64,000 bases of DNA, from contig OZ242195.1 of assembly GCA_965205975.1 (NCBI GenBank), positions 2,688,001 to 2,752,000 of the forward strand, read 5' to 3'. Made by a program: the position numbers and the translations under genes. The notes under the pieces are model-generated. The model was given only the letters and a program-made list of their open reading frames with translations, had not been told where the DNA came from and did no database searches. The stretch comes from Candidatus Latescibacterota bacterium (lineage in GTDB: Bacteria > Latescibacterota > UBA2968). Shown here piece by piece: positions 50,562-59,740 of the stretch; positions within the stretch are counted from its first letter, which is position 1; each line of letters starts with the position of its first letter.

Positions 50562-51575
50562 TCATTCCTGACTCGCCGCAACCAACCCCTCCAACTTCTC
50601 CAACGCCTTGCCCGAATCAATCACTTCAGCAGCGACCTGCACGCCTTCGTTCAAATCACGCGCCTTATCCCCCGCCACAATTGCCGCCGCCGCATTCAAC
50701 AACACAATATCTCGCCGAGGACCTTCTTCGCCATTCAGAATCGACCGCGTAATCTCTGCATTATAATCGGCATCTCCACCTTTTAACGCGTCGGCTGGCG
50801 CCTGCATCAGCCCAAAGTCCCCGGGTAATACATCATACGTCGAAACCGATCCATTTTTCAATTCGCTCACCCTCGTCGGACCCGTCAAGGTCATCTCATC
50901 CAAACCATCCGAACCGTGAACGACAAACGCGCGCTCCGCCCCCAGAGTCCCCAAAACACCAGCGAGTGTCTCGGTCAATGCCGGGCTGTACACACCGACC
51001 ACCTGCCGCGTTGCGCCCGCCGGATTGCTCAGCGGTCCCAGCGCATTGAAAATAGTCCGTGCACCAATTTCCCGACGCGGCCCAATCGCGTATTTCATCG
51101 CCCCATGCAACGAAATAGCAAACAAAAACCCAATCCCCACATCGTCCAGGCACCTGCTCACCGTCTCGGGCGATGCCTCAATATTCACACCCAATGCACC
51201 CAGCACATCCGCGCTACCACACTGACTCGTCGCCGCGCGGTTGCCGTGTTTGGCCACACACAAACCCGCCCCAGCCGCGACAAATGCCGCCGCCGTCGAA
51301 ATATTAAACGTGCCCGAATGATCGCCCCCCGTGCCACAAGTATCGACAATCACATCGTGCTTTGTCGCAATAGGCGTTGCCTTCTCGCGCATCACAGACG
51401 CGGCCCCGGCAATCTCATCAACACACTCACCCTTCACGCGCAACGCAATCAAAAACGCGCCGATCTGAGCATCCGTCGCCTCGCCCGACATAATCTGATT
51501 CATCACATCCGTCATCTCACCCTGGCTCAAATCCGCACCTTCAATCACTTTTGCAATCGCCTCTTGTATAGTCAT
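50562..51575 (-). CDS. trpD: Anthranilate phosphoribosyltransferase
   Basis: DTCGTGGD, NIST, KHGNR, DGLDE. Confidence 0.97.
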   Translation of the reverse strand: MTIQEAIAKVIEGADLSQGEMTDVMNQIMSGEATDAQIGAFLIALRVKGECVDEIAGAASVMREKATPIATKHDVIVDTCGTGGDHSGTFNISTAAAFVAAGAGLCVAKHGNRAATSQCGSADVLGALGVNIEASPETVSRCLDDVGIGFLFAISLHGAMKYAIGPRREIGARTIFNALGPLSNPAGATRQVVGVYSPALTETLAGVLGTLGAERAFVVHGSDGLDEMTLTGPTRVSELKNGSVSTYDVLPGDFGLMQAPADALKGGDADYNAEITRSILNGEEGPRRDIVLLNAAAAIVAGDKARDLNEGVQVAAEVIDSGKALEKLEGLVAASQE

Positions 51576-51597
51576 GCTCAGCTCCTCGGCTCACAAA

Positions 51598-52161
51598 TCA
51601 TGCATCGAGAAAATTTTGCAGCAAATTCTTACCCTCATCCGTCAAAATCGATTCGGGATGAAACTGCACGCCATCTACCGCCATATCTCGATGGCGCAAA
51701 CCCATAATCACGCCATCATCGGTCTCTGCTGTAATCTCCAGACAATCGGGAAGGCTATCTCTCTCCACTATCAAAGAGTGGTAGCGCGTGGCAATAAACG
51801 GCTCAGGTAATCCCTCAAAAATAGAATCCCCTCTATGATGAATCTCCGACACCTTCCCGTGCATAATTGTCGGCGCGCCCACAATTTTTCCACCAAACGC
51901 CTGTCCAATAGATTGATGCCCCAGACAAACCCCTAAAATCGGAATTTTCCCGGCAAAATGCTGCACCAGAGCCACGGAAATCCCCGCTTCGTTAGGTGTG
52001 CATGGACCAGGAGAAATCACGATCTTCTCAGGTGCCATATCATCAATCTCTTCAAGTGAGATTTGATCATTGCGATACACCACCAGATCCGCACCCAGTT
52101 CCCCGAGATATTGAACGAGGTTATAAGTAAAAGAATCGTAATTATCAATAACGAAAATCAC
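51598..52161 (-). CDS. trpG: Anthranilate synthase component II
   Basis: [25 protein letters not shown]. Confidence 0.95.
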   Translation of the reverse strand: MIFVIDNYDSFTYNLVQYLGELGADLVVYRNDQISLEEIDDMAPEKIVISPGPCTPNEAGISVALVQHFAGKIPILGVCLGHQSIGQAFGGKIVGAPTIMHGKVSEIHHRGDSIFEGLPEPFIATRYHSLIVERDSLPDCLEITAETDDGVIMGLRHRDMAVDGVQFHPESILTDEGKNLLQNFLDA

Positions 52162-53633
52162 AACAACTCTCCTCCTTCAGCCATCTCTACCGCCCGAAAC
52201 AGTGCCCGCGCTTTGTTCACGGTCTCCTGATATTCGTATTCCGGCTCTGAATCGAACACCACGCCACCCCCTGCCTGCACATACGCTTTGCCATCCTTAA
52301 TCACCATCGTGCGAATGGCAATACACGTATCCATATTGCCCGCAAAATCGATATAACCCACTGCACCGGCATAAGGCCCGCGGCGCGTTGGCTCCATCTC
52401 GTCGATAATCTCCATCGCACGAATCTTCGGCGCGCCCGACACTGTACCAGCAGGATAACAGGCAAAAAGCGCGTCCAGCGCATCGACATCCTCGTGCAAT
52501 TCGCCGCGCACATTCGAAACGATATGCATCACATGCGAATAGCGTTCAATCGTCATCTGCTCGGTCACGCACACCGTATCAAACCTGGAAACGCGTCCCA
52601 CATCATTGCGTCCCAGATCCACCAGCATAATATGCTCGGCACATTCTTTTTTATCTGCCAACAACTCCTGTGCCAGCACCTGATCTTCTGCCTCTGTTTT
52701 ACCTCGCCACCGCGTCCCCGCAATAGGTCGCACCTGCACCACCCCATCTTCTACCCGGACGAGCAACTCGGGCGACGCGCCCACGAGTTGATGATCTATC
52801 AAATCGACGTGAAACATATAAGGCGACGGATTCACCGTCCGCAACGCCCGATAAATATCCAGCGCCTCCACCGTCACATCCATTGCAAAACGCTGCGAAG
52901 GCACCACCTGAAAAATATCACCTGCCACGATGTATTCTCTGCAACGCGCCACCACATCCATATACGCTTCTTTGCTCGTATTTGAAGTCACCGCGCACGA
53001 ACTCGTCCCTGGCTTTAAGGACGCATCCGCAGGTTGCGCCAGTAGCTCAATCAGTGCATCGATCCGCTTGACTGCATCCGCGTAATTAGCCTCCAAATCG
53101 CCCTCTGTATGCACATTGGCCATCACATGCACTTTGTGTGTCACATTGTCAAATGCCAGCACCGAATCGTAAAATGAAAAAAACATATCATCCAGACCGA
53201 GATCGTCTTCAACCGTCTCGGGAATGCGCTCAATCAAACGCACGGCATCATAACTCACGTAGCCCACAGCACCGCCTGTAAATCGAGGAAACCCTTCCAC
53301 GTGTTGCGAGTGGTATTTTTTTAACAAACCTCGCAATACCTCGATAGGCTCCCCGTCAAATAGTCGCAGTTCACCCGTCGTCGTATATTCAACCGAAATT
53401 TTTGTTCCGCGCGAACGAAAAACCAAAAACGGATCCACGCCCAAAAACGAATACCGCCCAATCTGTTCACCGCCCACCACACTTTCAAACAAAAATGCAT
53501 GCGATGATCTGGCGCGAATTTTCAAATAAGCCGAAACAGGCGTCTCTGTATCCGCGAGAAGTTCTCTGGAAATGGGAACGAGGCCACAGCCTTCGCTCAG
53601 CTTCTCGACAGTCTTGAGATCGGGTTGAATCAC
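52158..53633 (-). CDS. trpE: Anthranilate synthase component I
   Basis: [38 protein letters not shown] start after RBS aagga. Confidence 0.96.
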   Translation of the reverse strand: MIQPDLKTVEKLSEGCGLVPISRELLADTETPVSAYLKIRARSSHAFLFESVVGGEQIGRYSFLGVDPFLVFRSRGTKISVEYTTTGELRLFDGEPIEVLRGLLKKYHSQHVEGFPRFTGGAVGYVSYDAVRLIERIPETVEDDLGLDDMFFSFYDSVLAFDNVTHKVHVMANVHTEGDLEANYADAVKRIDALIELLAQPADASLKPGTSSCAVTSNTSKEAYMDVVARCREYIVAGDIFQVVPSQRFAMDVTVEALDIYRALRTVNPSPYMFHVDLIDHQLVGASPELLVRVEDGVVQVRPIAGTRWRGKTEAEDQVLAQELLADKKECAEHIMLVDLGRNDVGRVSRFDTVCVTEQMTIERYSHVMHIVSNVRGELHEDVDALDALFACYPAGTVSGAPKIRAMEIIDEMEPTRRGPYAGAVGYIDFAGNMDTCIAIRTMVIKDGKAYVQAGGGVVFDSEPEYEYQETVNKARALFRAVEMAEGGELL

Positions 53634-53683
53634 TGAAAAATCCTTAAAGTCAAATCCGCAGATGGGCGCAGATGAAAAGTCAG

Positions 53684-53719
53684 AAACAAAAAAGGTCGTG
53701 AGCAGTTTGCCCACGACCT
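53684..53719 (-). terminator. Intrinsic terminator (attenuator) upstream of trpE
   Basis: mRNA AGGUCGUGGGCA-AAC-UGCUCACGACCU followed by UUUUUGUUU. Confidence 0.9.
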
Positions 53720-53745
53720 CGTACTTTTATTCACTTACATCACAC

Positions 53746-53847
53746 TTAAAACGCAGGACAAACCACACTCTTGGACGGGCGGCGATAATAATATCGGCCG
53801 TCAAATCGACGCCAAAAATACCAGAAGTGGGATGTCAAAGCGTTCAT
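53746..53847 (-). CDS. Aromatic-rich leader peptide (33 aa)
   Basis: MNALTSHFWYFWRRFDGRYYYRRPSKSVVCPAF*; ends 26 nt before the terminator, upstream of trpE. Confidence 0.85.
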   Translation of the reverse strand: MNALTSHFWYFWRRFDGRYYYRRPSKSVVCPAF

Positions 53848-53883
53848 TTTAGAGTCCAATTTTCAATTAAAACAGACACAACG

Positions 53884-54114
53884 TTATGAGACAAGTTCTT
53901 CAGCCGGGATGGTTTTTAAAAGGTTCCCCATCACTTTTTTTGCGTTAAAGATATCAACCAGATAAACCTGATTGTCCTTAAATTCAACTGTAAAACCATC
54001 ACCTTCAATCACCTGATCAGATATACCTCGCATATCTCGCCGGAAAAAAAGAATATTTCCGGTTTCAGGATCAATCTTTTTTTCAAAAAGTTCAGGTCTA
54101 AAGTTTAAATCCAT
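53884..54114 (-). CDS. Small protein, putative antitoxin (DUF2283-like)
   Basis: VEFKDNQVYLVDIFNAKK; overlaps the upstream toxin-like ORF. Confidence 0.6.
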   Translation of the reverse strand: MDLNFRPELFEKKIDPETGNILFFRRDMRGISDQVIEGDGFTVEFKDNQVYLVDIFNAKKVMGNLLKTIPAEELVS

Positions 54115-54350
54115 CTTTTTGTCTTCTGTCGGTTGTCAATGATTTTTTGATCTGTTCGATAAATTGTAATAAGATTTTTAGTGCCCGGATCAATGACAAG
54201 AACGAATAGTATGCCCGTAATGCGAATGATTTTGATATCGGTGCTTTGAGTTTTGTCGTAGAAGGTGTGTATTGAACTGCTTTTTGTTACAGCATCTGGA
54301 TCAATTCCATAAAGTTTAAGTTTATCGAGAGCGTGTTGAGTAAAATTCAT
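54105..54350 (-). CDS. Small RelE/DUF4258-like putative toxin
   Basis: MNFTQHALDKL...LITIYRTDQK. Confidence 0.6.
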   Translation of the reverse strand: MNFTQHALDKLKLYGIDPDAVTKSSSIHTFYDKTQSTDIKIIRITGILFVLVIDPGTKNLITIYRTDQKIIDNRQKTKRWI

Positions 54351-54364
54351 TATCAAGTGCGCCA

Positions 54365-54394
54365 AAGATAACAAATTCTAAAACAAATTGTCAA
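54365..54394 (-). promoter_or_regulatory. Sigma70-like promoter
   Basis: TTGACA-18 bp-TATCTT with an extended TG; AATTTGTT direct repeat inside. Confidence 0.6.
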
Positions 54395-54403
54395 GAAGGA
54401 AGT

Positions 54404-55174
54404 TTATTCATGACCGTCAATCGTGCCCACCTCAATTTTCAACTCGTCGCGATCAATAATGCGATCTACGCGGCCATCGCGCACCCACACCACGCGGTCG
54501 GATACCGACAGCATCTTGTGATCGTGTGTCGCTGAAATCACGGTCACGCCCGACTCCTCGTTCATCCGGCGCAACAACTCAATAATCTCCCGCCCCGTAT
54601 TCAAATCGAGATTCCCAGTCGGCTCGTCAGCCAGAATAATCGCTGGATCGTTGGCAAAAGCCCGCGCAACAGCCACGCGCTGCTGCTGACCGCCTGAAAG
54701 CTCAAAAGGCTTGTGCATCACGCGCTCGCCCAGACCGACCTGTGTCAACAATTCTACACCCTTATCGCGTGCCTCGTCGCTCGTCAGCCCGGCAAACACC
54801 ATCGGCAGGGTCACATTCTCAAGCGCTGTCATCACCGGAATCAAATTATACGATTGAAAAATATAACCGATCTTTCGACAGCGCAACCACGCGAGTTCAT
54901 AAGCGTCGAGTTGGGCGACATCGACATCGTCGATATAAACCTTGCCCTCGGTCGGCTTGTCCAATCCACCCACCATATTAAACAAAGTACTCTTCCCCGA
55001 CCCAGAAGGTCCCATAATGGACAGGTATTCTCCCTGCGTCACTTCCAGATCCACACCTTTGAGTGCGTGAATCTGCTCCTCGCCCATTATGTACACCTTC
55101 TTCACATCCTGTGTGCGTACAACCGTTGCCTCTTCGGCCTCTGCATTCGTTTCTGTTTTTTCTTCGGCAGCCAT
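54404..55174 (-). CDS. ABC transporter ATP-binding protein (LolD/MacB-like)
   Basis: GPSGSGKST, LSGGQQQRV, ADEPTGNLD. Confidence 0.95.
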   Translation of the reverse strand: MAAEEKTETNAEAEEATVVRTQDVKKVYIMGEEQIHALKGVDLEVTQGEYLSIMGPSGSGKSTLFNMVGGLDKPTEGKVYIDDVDVAQLDAYELAWLRCRKIGYIFQSYNLIPVMTALENVTLPMVFAGLTSDEARDKGVELLTQVGLGERVMHKPFELSGGQQQRVAVARAFANDPAIILADEPTGNLDLNTGREIIELLRRMNEESGVTVISATHDHKMLSVSDRVVWVRDGRVDRIIDRDELKIEVGTIDGHE

Positions 55175-55200
55175 AAAACACCTCACAATCGGTTTGTCAT

Positions 55201-55872
55201 TTAAACTTCCAATGACATCGCATCAACCGGCTCCATCTTGGCAGCGCGATAGGCCGGTAAAATACCGCCAATCAGCGACAAAAAAGAGCCAATGACAATA
55301 GCTTGAACACCATCTTGAAGGATTTGAACCATGGGAAGGTGATCGAAAATCACTGTACCAAAACTCGACATATTGAGCAATGCAGTCAGCAAAAACCCAA
55401 CGACCACGCCAATAACCGTGCCCGCTGCACCCATAAACGTCGATTCGAGAATAAATAATTTAATAATAAATCCGTCCAATGCGCCCATACATTTCATAGT
55501 GCCAATCTCGCGGAACCGCTCGGTAACAGACATCAGCATAGCATTGGCAATACCCACCAAACACACGAGCAGCGACAACACCACCAGCCATTGATCCTTT
55601 GATCGTTGCTGGATCGCAGCGGCACTATCGGGATCAATTTCAACGCCCTTTTGCTGCAAGATCAGGTTAATCTTGGGATCGCCAGCACCCATCAAACCGT
55701 CAATAATGGCATTGCCTGCCCAAATCGACATCAAAAAAGCGATAGCAAGCACAATGCCACTCACCGTAATCAAAGACCGGCCAAATCGAATCTTAACGCT
55801 ATTAAAGCTGATCTCAACCGCTTTGGAAAGCGGAAGAGATATCTGGGTATTGAGTTCGTGCTGCTCTGCCAT
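55201..55872 (-). CDS. FtsX-like ABC permease
   Basis: GIANAMLMSVTERFREIGTMK...PAYRAAKMEPVDAM. Confidence 0.9.
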   Translation of the reverse strand: MAEQHELNTQISLPLSKAVEISFNSVKIRFGRSLITVSGIVLAIAFLMSIWAGNAIIDGLMGAGDPKINLILQQKGVEIDPDSAAAIQQRSKDQWLVVLSLLVCLVGIANAMLMSVTERFREIGTMKCMGALDGFIIKLFILESTFMGAAGTVIGVVVGFLLTALLNMSSFGTVIFDHLPMVQILQDGVQAIVIGSFLSLIGGILPAYRAAKMEPVDAMSLEV

Positions 55873-55956
55873 AAACGCCTCCAATTACAAAAAATTGCAC
55901 AAATCAGTGCTCAACATAAAAGCCTATTGCCCCTCTGTCAAGCCAAAATACCAGAC

Positions 55957-56676
55957 TCATTTATTATCGGCGTTGGTCTTTTTTCGCAAAAAATAGAATG
56001 TCACCAATTGCTTCATAAATAAATAGTACTCAGTCCAGTTCAATTTGCTGCTGCTGTGTTGCCGGTTGCGAAACACGAAGGGCACCTCTATAAAAGACTT
56101 ATAATGCCCCTTGACCAGAATCTCCAGCAAAATTTTATACCCTGGTGAAGTCAATACCATGTCTTCAATAACGCGCCGATGCAAAAAGAAATAGCCCGCC
56201 AGTGGGTCTTGTACGCCGGTTAATTGCCGGGCGAGAAATACCCCCAATTGAGAAATAATCCTGCGGTACCAGGCCCATTGTTCGACGTGACTATCCGCAT
56301 CAAATCGGCTGCCAATCGCCAGATCGTGATCTCGCAACCCGTAAATGAGTTGAGGCAAAATAATGGGATCGTGGCTCAAATCGGCATCTATCACACCTAA
56401 AAGATCCCGCTCTGCCTGCTCAAAACCGGCCATCACAGCACTGCCCAATCCCAATTTTCCGGCGCGGTGAACCACCTGCACAGGATAGCGATCTACAAGT
56501 GATTCGGCCACCTCTCCCGTACCATCGGGAGAATTGTCATCAACCACAATCAATTCGAGATCAATGTCGGAATAGTCTTTCAAAACGTCGAATATTTCTT
56601 CGACCAATAAGGAAATATTCTCGCGCTCGTTATAGGTGGGCGTAATCAGAGAAATGCGGAGTGTATTATCAGGCAT
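55957..56676 (-). CDS. GT2 polyprenol-phosphate mannose synthase-like glycosyltransferase
   Basis: PTYNERENI, VDDNSPDGT, DADLSHDP. Confidence 0.9.
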   Translation of the reverse strand: MPDNTLRISLITPTYNERENISLLVEEIFDVLKDYSDIDLELIVVDDNSPDGTGEVAESLVDRYPVQVVHRAGKLGLGSAVMAGFEQAERDLLGVIDADLSHDPIILPQLIYGLRDHDLAIGSRFDADSHVEQWAWYRRIISQLGVFLARQLTGVQDPLAGYFFLHRRVIEDMVLTSPGYKILLEILVKGHYKSFIEVPFVFRNRQHSSSKLNWTEYYLFMKQLVTFYFLRKKTNADNK

Positions 56677-57568
56677 AGGTATTAGCGATCTTTTGGGAAA
56701 CACCCTTTAATTGCCTCAAGTTATGTTCAAAAGAGGCAGGCACAATATCATCACATAATGTTCTGGCAAGTGTGGTTGTCAACCCGGCTCGCAGCGGACG
56801 CTGTGCGGCCCGCCCAAATTCTGCAGACGTTACGGCAGATACCAGCGAAAGGTCAAGCCCCATCACCGCACAAATCCGCTCGACCATTTCAAAGCGCGTC
56901 AAAAAATCCGCTCCACCAAAATGCACCACACCGCGAAAGTCCGTGCGGCACAATTTTAATATAAACGCGGCGAGTTCATCGACAAAAGTCGGATTTGTCC
57001 ACTCGTCTGTCACCACGCGAATCGCCTCGCGGCCCGCCAGCGATGAAATGGCCCAGGTTACAAAATTGGGCCGACAAGACGGGCGAAAACCGTACAACAC
57101 CGCCGTTCTTACTACAATGCCGGGACAAAGTGCATTCAACAGAACAACTTCGCTTTCTAACTTGGTCTGTCCATACACATTCACCGGATGTGCTTCATCG
57201 GCCTCAGCAAAAAGCCCTTTCTTTCCATCAAACACATAATTGGTCGATAAGTTCACCAGACCACATCCAACCCGTTCACACGCTTGAACCAAATTGCGCG
57301 TTCCATCGACGTGTATCGCATGTGCAAGCCCGGGATTTCGCTCACATCCATCAACGCTTGTCATAGCTGCTGAATTGATCACCCACTGAGGGCGCACCTG
57401 CGCTACCACCTCGTGCACCAAATCGGGCCGTGTTAAATCTACGACAAGATGTCCTCTTGAGCCACTACGCGACACAGGTACTCGCTCCCAGTCACCACCG
57501 GATACATCGCAAAGTGCGTGGCCTAAAAAGCCCGATGCACCGACAATGAGCAACCGATTATTAGCCAT
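56669..57568 (-). CDS. rmlD: dTDP-4-dehydrorhamnose reductase family protein
   Basis: GASGFLG, STNYVFDG, YGQTK. Confidence 0.8.
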   Translation of the reverse strand: MANNRLLIVGASGFLGHALCDVSGGDWERVPVSRSGSRGHLVVDLTRPDLVHEVVAQVRPQWVINSAAMTSVDGCERNPGLAHAIHVDGTRNLVQACERVGCGLVNLSTNYVFDGKKGLFAEADEAHPVNVYGQTKLESEVVLLNALCPGIVVRTAVLYGFRPSCRPNFVTWAISSLAGREAIRVVTDEWTNPTFVDELAAFILKLCRTDFRGVVHFGGADFLTRFEMVERICAVMGLDLSLVSAVTSAEFGRAAQRPLRAGLTTTLARTLCDDIVPASFEHNLRQLKGVSQKIANTYA

Positions 57569-59028
57569 TAGTTTTCGCTTTCTCGAACAAATAGTGCCAA
57601 CGCGCGATTCAGTGCGCCAGCATATCCGATACGATCTATATTGGGTCCAATCAGAACTGTCAAAATTGTCTCTGCTCGATCTCGATAGCGCGGCATTTTC
57701 GTATGCACAAAAAGCCGCATTAAAACCTGCGCCGCCACACCATTTCCCGAAGGCAACCACCGATCAATAGCGGGTGAGTTCGAGACCTCTGCCTCCGGCG
57801 TTCGGTCTTTCAAAGCACCCGAAGAATCGGCAAAAGCTGTCATAACCCGATCTGCATGCACTCGCGCAAATAACAAATCGGTCTCGCGTTCTTGCACCTC
57901 AAACAAATCGAGAGCAGCGCGAATAATTAAAACCTGATCCAGCAAAAAATGGGGTGTACTCAGAGATCGCGCGTGTGCAAACAGGCTATCTTCCTGCACA
58001 AAACGCGTCTTAATCGCTTCAAAAATTCGCCGCCCAGCATCTAAAAAACGCGCCTCTCGAGTTTCGAGAAACGCCGCGCATAAACCCGAAACTGCCAGTG
58101 CATTCCAGCCCGAATAAACCTCTGCATCCCGCAATATATTTCCCGCCTGATCTCGAAAACCCGTCAGCCCGGCCCCCAACAAAACACCGTCAGATAAGGC
58201 AAATTGTTCGAGCATTGCATCAGCCAGAGCGCGGGACAAATTTACCTGTGCAAATGCCCGCAATAATTGAGCATTGACCGCCATGTGTTTTTCTGCATCA
58301 ATCACAGGCCCACGATGTGTTAACATCCCCAACACATAAACGCCATCTGTATCGCGCCGTGCGCTGTGTACAAAATTGATCAAAGGCGAATCAATACCCG
58401 CTTCTGCAAGCGCGAGAAGACCTTCGGGACCTGGATCAAAACCGCTTTTTACCACCGATTTCAAACTATCGCGCACCCGGTGCAAAAGCGCTGCGCTGGG
58501 ATTGATACGAGGGCGCGGATTTTTCTTTTTATCGCGTTCTGCTCGCCGCATCAATTCTGCCCGCTGCACCTCGAGCCTGACGAGCCTATCGGGATTGTCG
58601 TACAAAATTTGCACCCACCGCAACAGATCCGTCATATCCCCGGGGTCGAGATAGGTGCTGCCTGTAATCCACTGCCCATCTGGTGTCAAAAAAGCGAGAG
58701 AGGGAATCGCGCCCAGACCAAAACGCTCAAACAAATCGGGCCGTTGATCGGCATCAATCCATATCGGCAGAGTGTAACGGGCAATCGCCCGCGCAATTTC
58801 TGAATCTTCAAAACACCGCACGACCAGATCGCGGCACCAAACCGACCGCTGCGTGTACAAAAACAACAAAATGGGGCGCCCGAGTATTCGGGCAGAATCT
58901 CTTTGGCTCCATGTCCGCCAGCTTATTCTTCCGCCATCCAACGCCGTTACATCTAATTTTGTCGCCTCATCTCCCCCACCACAGGCCAAAACCCCAAACA
59001 CGAGCGCGATCCAGATATTTTGCCGCAT
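57568..59028 (-). CDS. YyaL/DUF255 thioredoxin-domain lipoprotein
   Basis: Lipobox VLAC; IDADQRPDL, FLTPDG, YSGWNAL, PSGNGVAA. Confidence 0.8.
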   Translation of the reverse strand: MRQNIWIALVFGVLACGGGDEATKLDVTALDGGRISWRTWSQRDSARILGRPILLFLYTQRSVWCRDLVVRCFEDSEIARAIARYTLPIWIDADQRPDLFERFGLGAIPSLAFLTPDGQWITGSTYLDPGDMTDLLRWVQILYDNPDRLVRLEVQRAELMRRAERDKKKNPRPRINPSAALLHRVRDSLKSVVKSGFDPGPEGLLALAEAGIDSPLINFVHSARRDTDGVYVLGMLTHRGPVIDAEKHMAVNAQLLRAFAQVNLSRALADAMLEQFALSDGVLLGAGLTGFRDQAGNILRDAEVYSGWNALAVSGLCAAFLETREARFLDAGRRIFEAIKTRFVQEDSLFAHARSLSTPHFLLDQVLIIRAALDLFEVQERETDLLFARVHADRVMTAFADSSGALKDRTPEAEVSNSPAIDRWLPSGNGVAAQVLMRLFVHTKMPRYRDRAETILTVLIGPNIDRIGYAGALNRALALFVRESEN

Positions 59029-59181
59029 AACGACCCACGTGTGACCAATATCATATATTATATAATTTTTAAAAAAATACGGAACTCGCTGCATGGGGAA
59101 ACGTCTAAACCGAACAAAAAAGGCTTGACACATGGGAAGGATTTGCTGAAGTTTTAAAATACTTTAAAAATGAGGAAAAAA

Positions 59182-59445
59182 CTATTGCACCGCGAATTTT
59201 TCTATTGGGATGGCTTCGTCGGTCAACATAATGGGAATCGCGTCCTGAATGGGATATAAAAAGATGTAATCTTCCCGCACCAGGCCTCCATCAATTGGCT
59301 GTTCAATTTTTTGTCCGCCTCGGTTTTTAACCTCGCCTTTTGCAATCGCACTGTTAATGGCGTCAATCAGCGGTTGATCGGCCAATTTTACGGGCATTTT
59401 GTTCTCTGGACAGGCCAAAATATCGAGTAAATCTCGGTCAATCAC
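59182..59445 (-). CDS. Trm112-family protein
   Basis: LLDILACP...YPIQDAIPIMLTDEA. Confidence 0.9.
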   Translation of the reverse strand: MIDRDLLDILACPENKMPVKLADQPLIDAINSAIAKGEVKNRGGQKIEQPIDGGLVREDYIFLYPIQDAIPIMLTDEAIPIEKFAVQ

Positions 59446-59650
59446 GGTTCTTCCCTTTCATCAATCAAAAATTCGTGATCTGAAAATAGGCAACACGCGA
59501 GTCTCAAACAAGCGGTTTTTTTGATCTTGTCTCACCATTAATCAGGAAATTTATCTATCGCATCACCGCTAAAGCGCTGTTTTTTGCATCAGTAAAATCT
59601 TGTCCGATATTCGAGATGTGCTTGCTTTAGCGCGCGATGTTAGAATGCCC

Positions 59651-59695
59651 CCCGGTTGGTGGCGCGTTCACACGCGCTCACGGCCGGGTTTTTTT
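59651..59695 (+). terminator. Terminator-like hairpin in the 5' region of the porV-like gene
   Basis: cccggttggtggcgcgt-tcac-acgcgctcacggccggg followed by T7. Confidence 0.65.
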
Positions 59696-59740
59696 CATGT
59701 TTTGCAAGCTTCCCGGCCAATTCCATAAAGGAGAACCCCA

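Noticed and set aside
53640..53880. T-box riboswitch upstream of trpE
   Set aside because: No UGGNACC T-box motif or stem I; leader peptide plus terminator explains the region better
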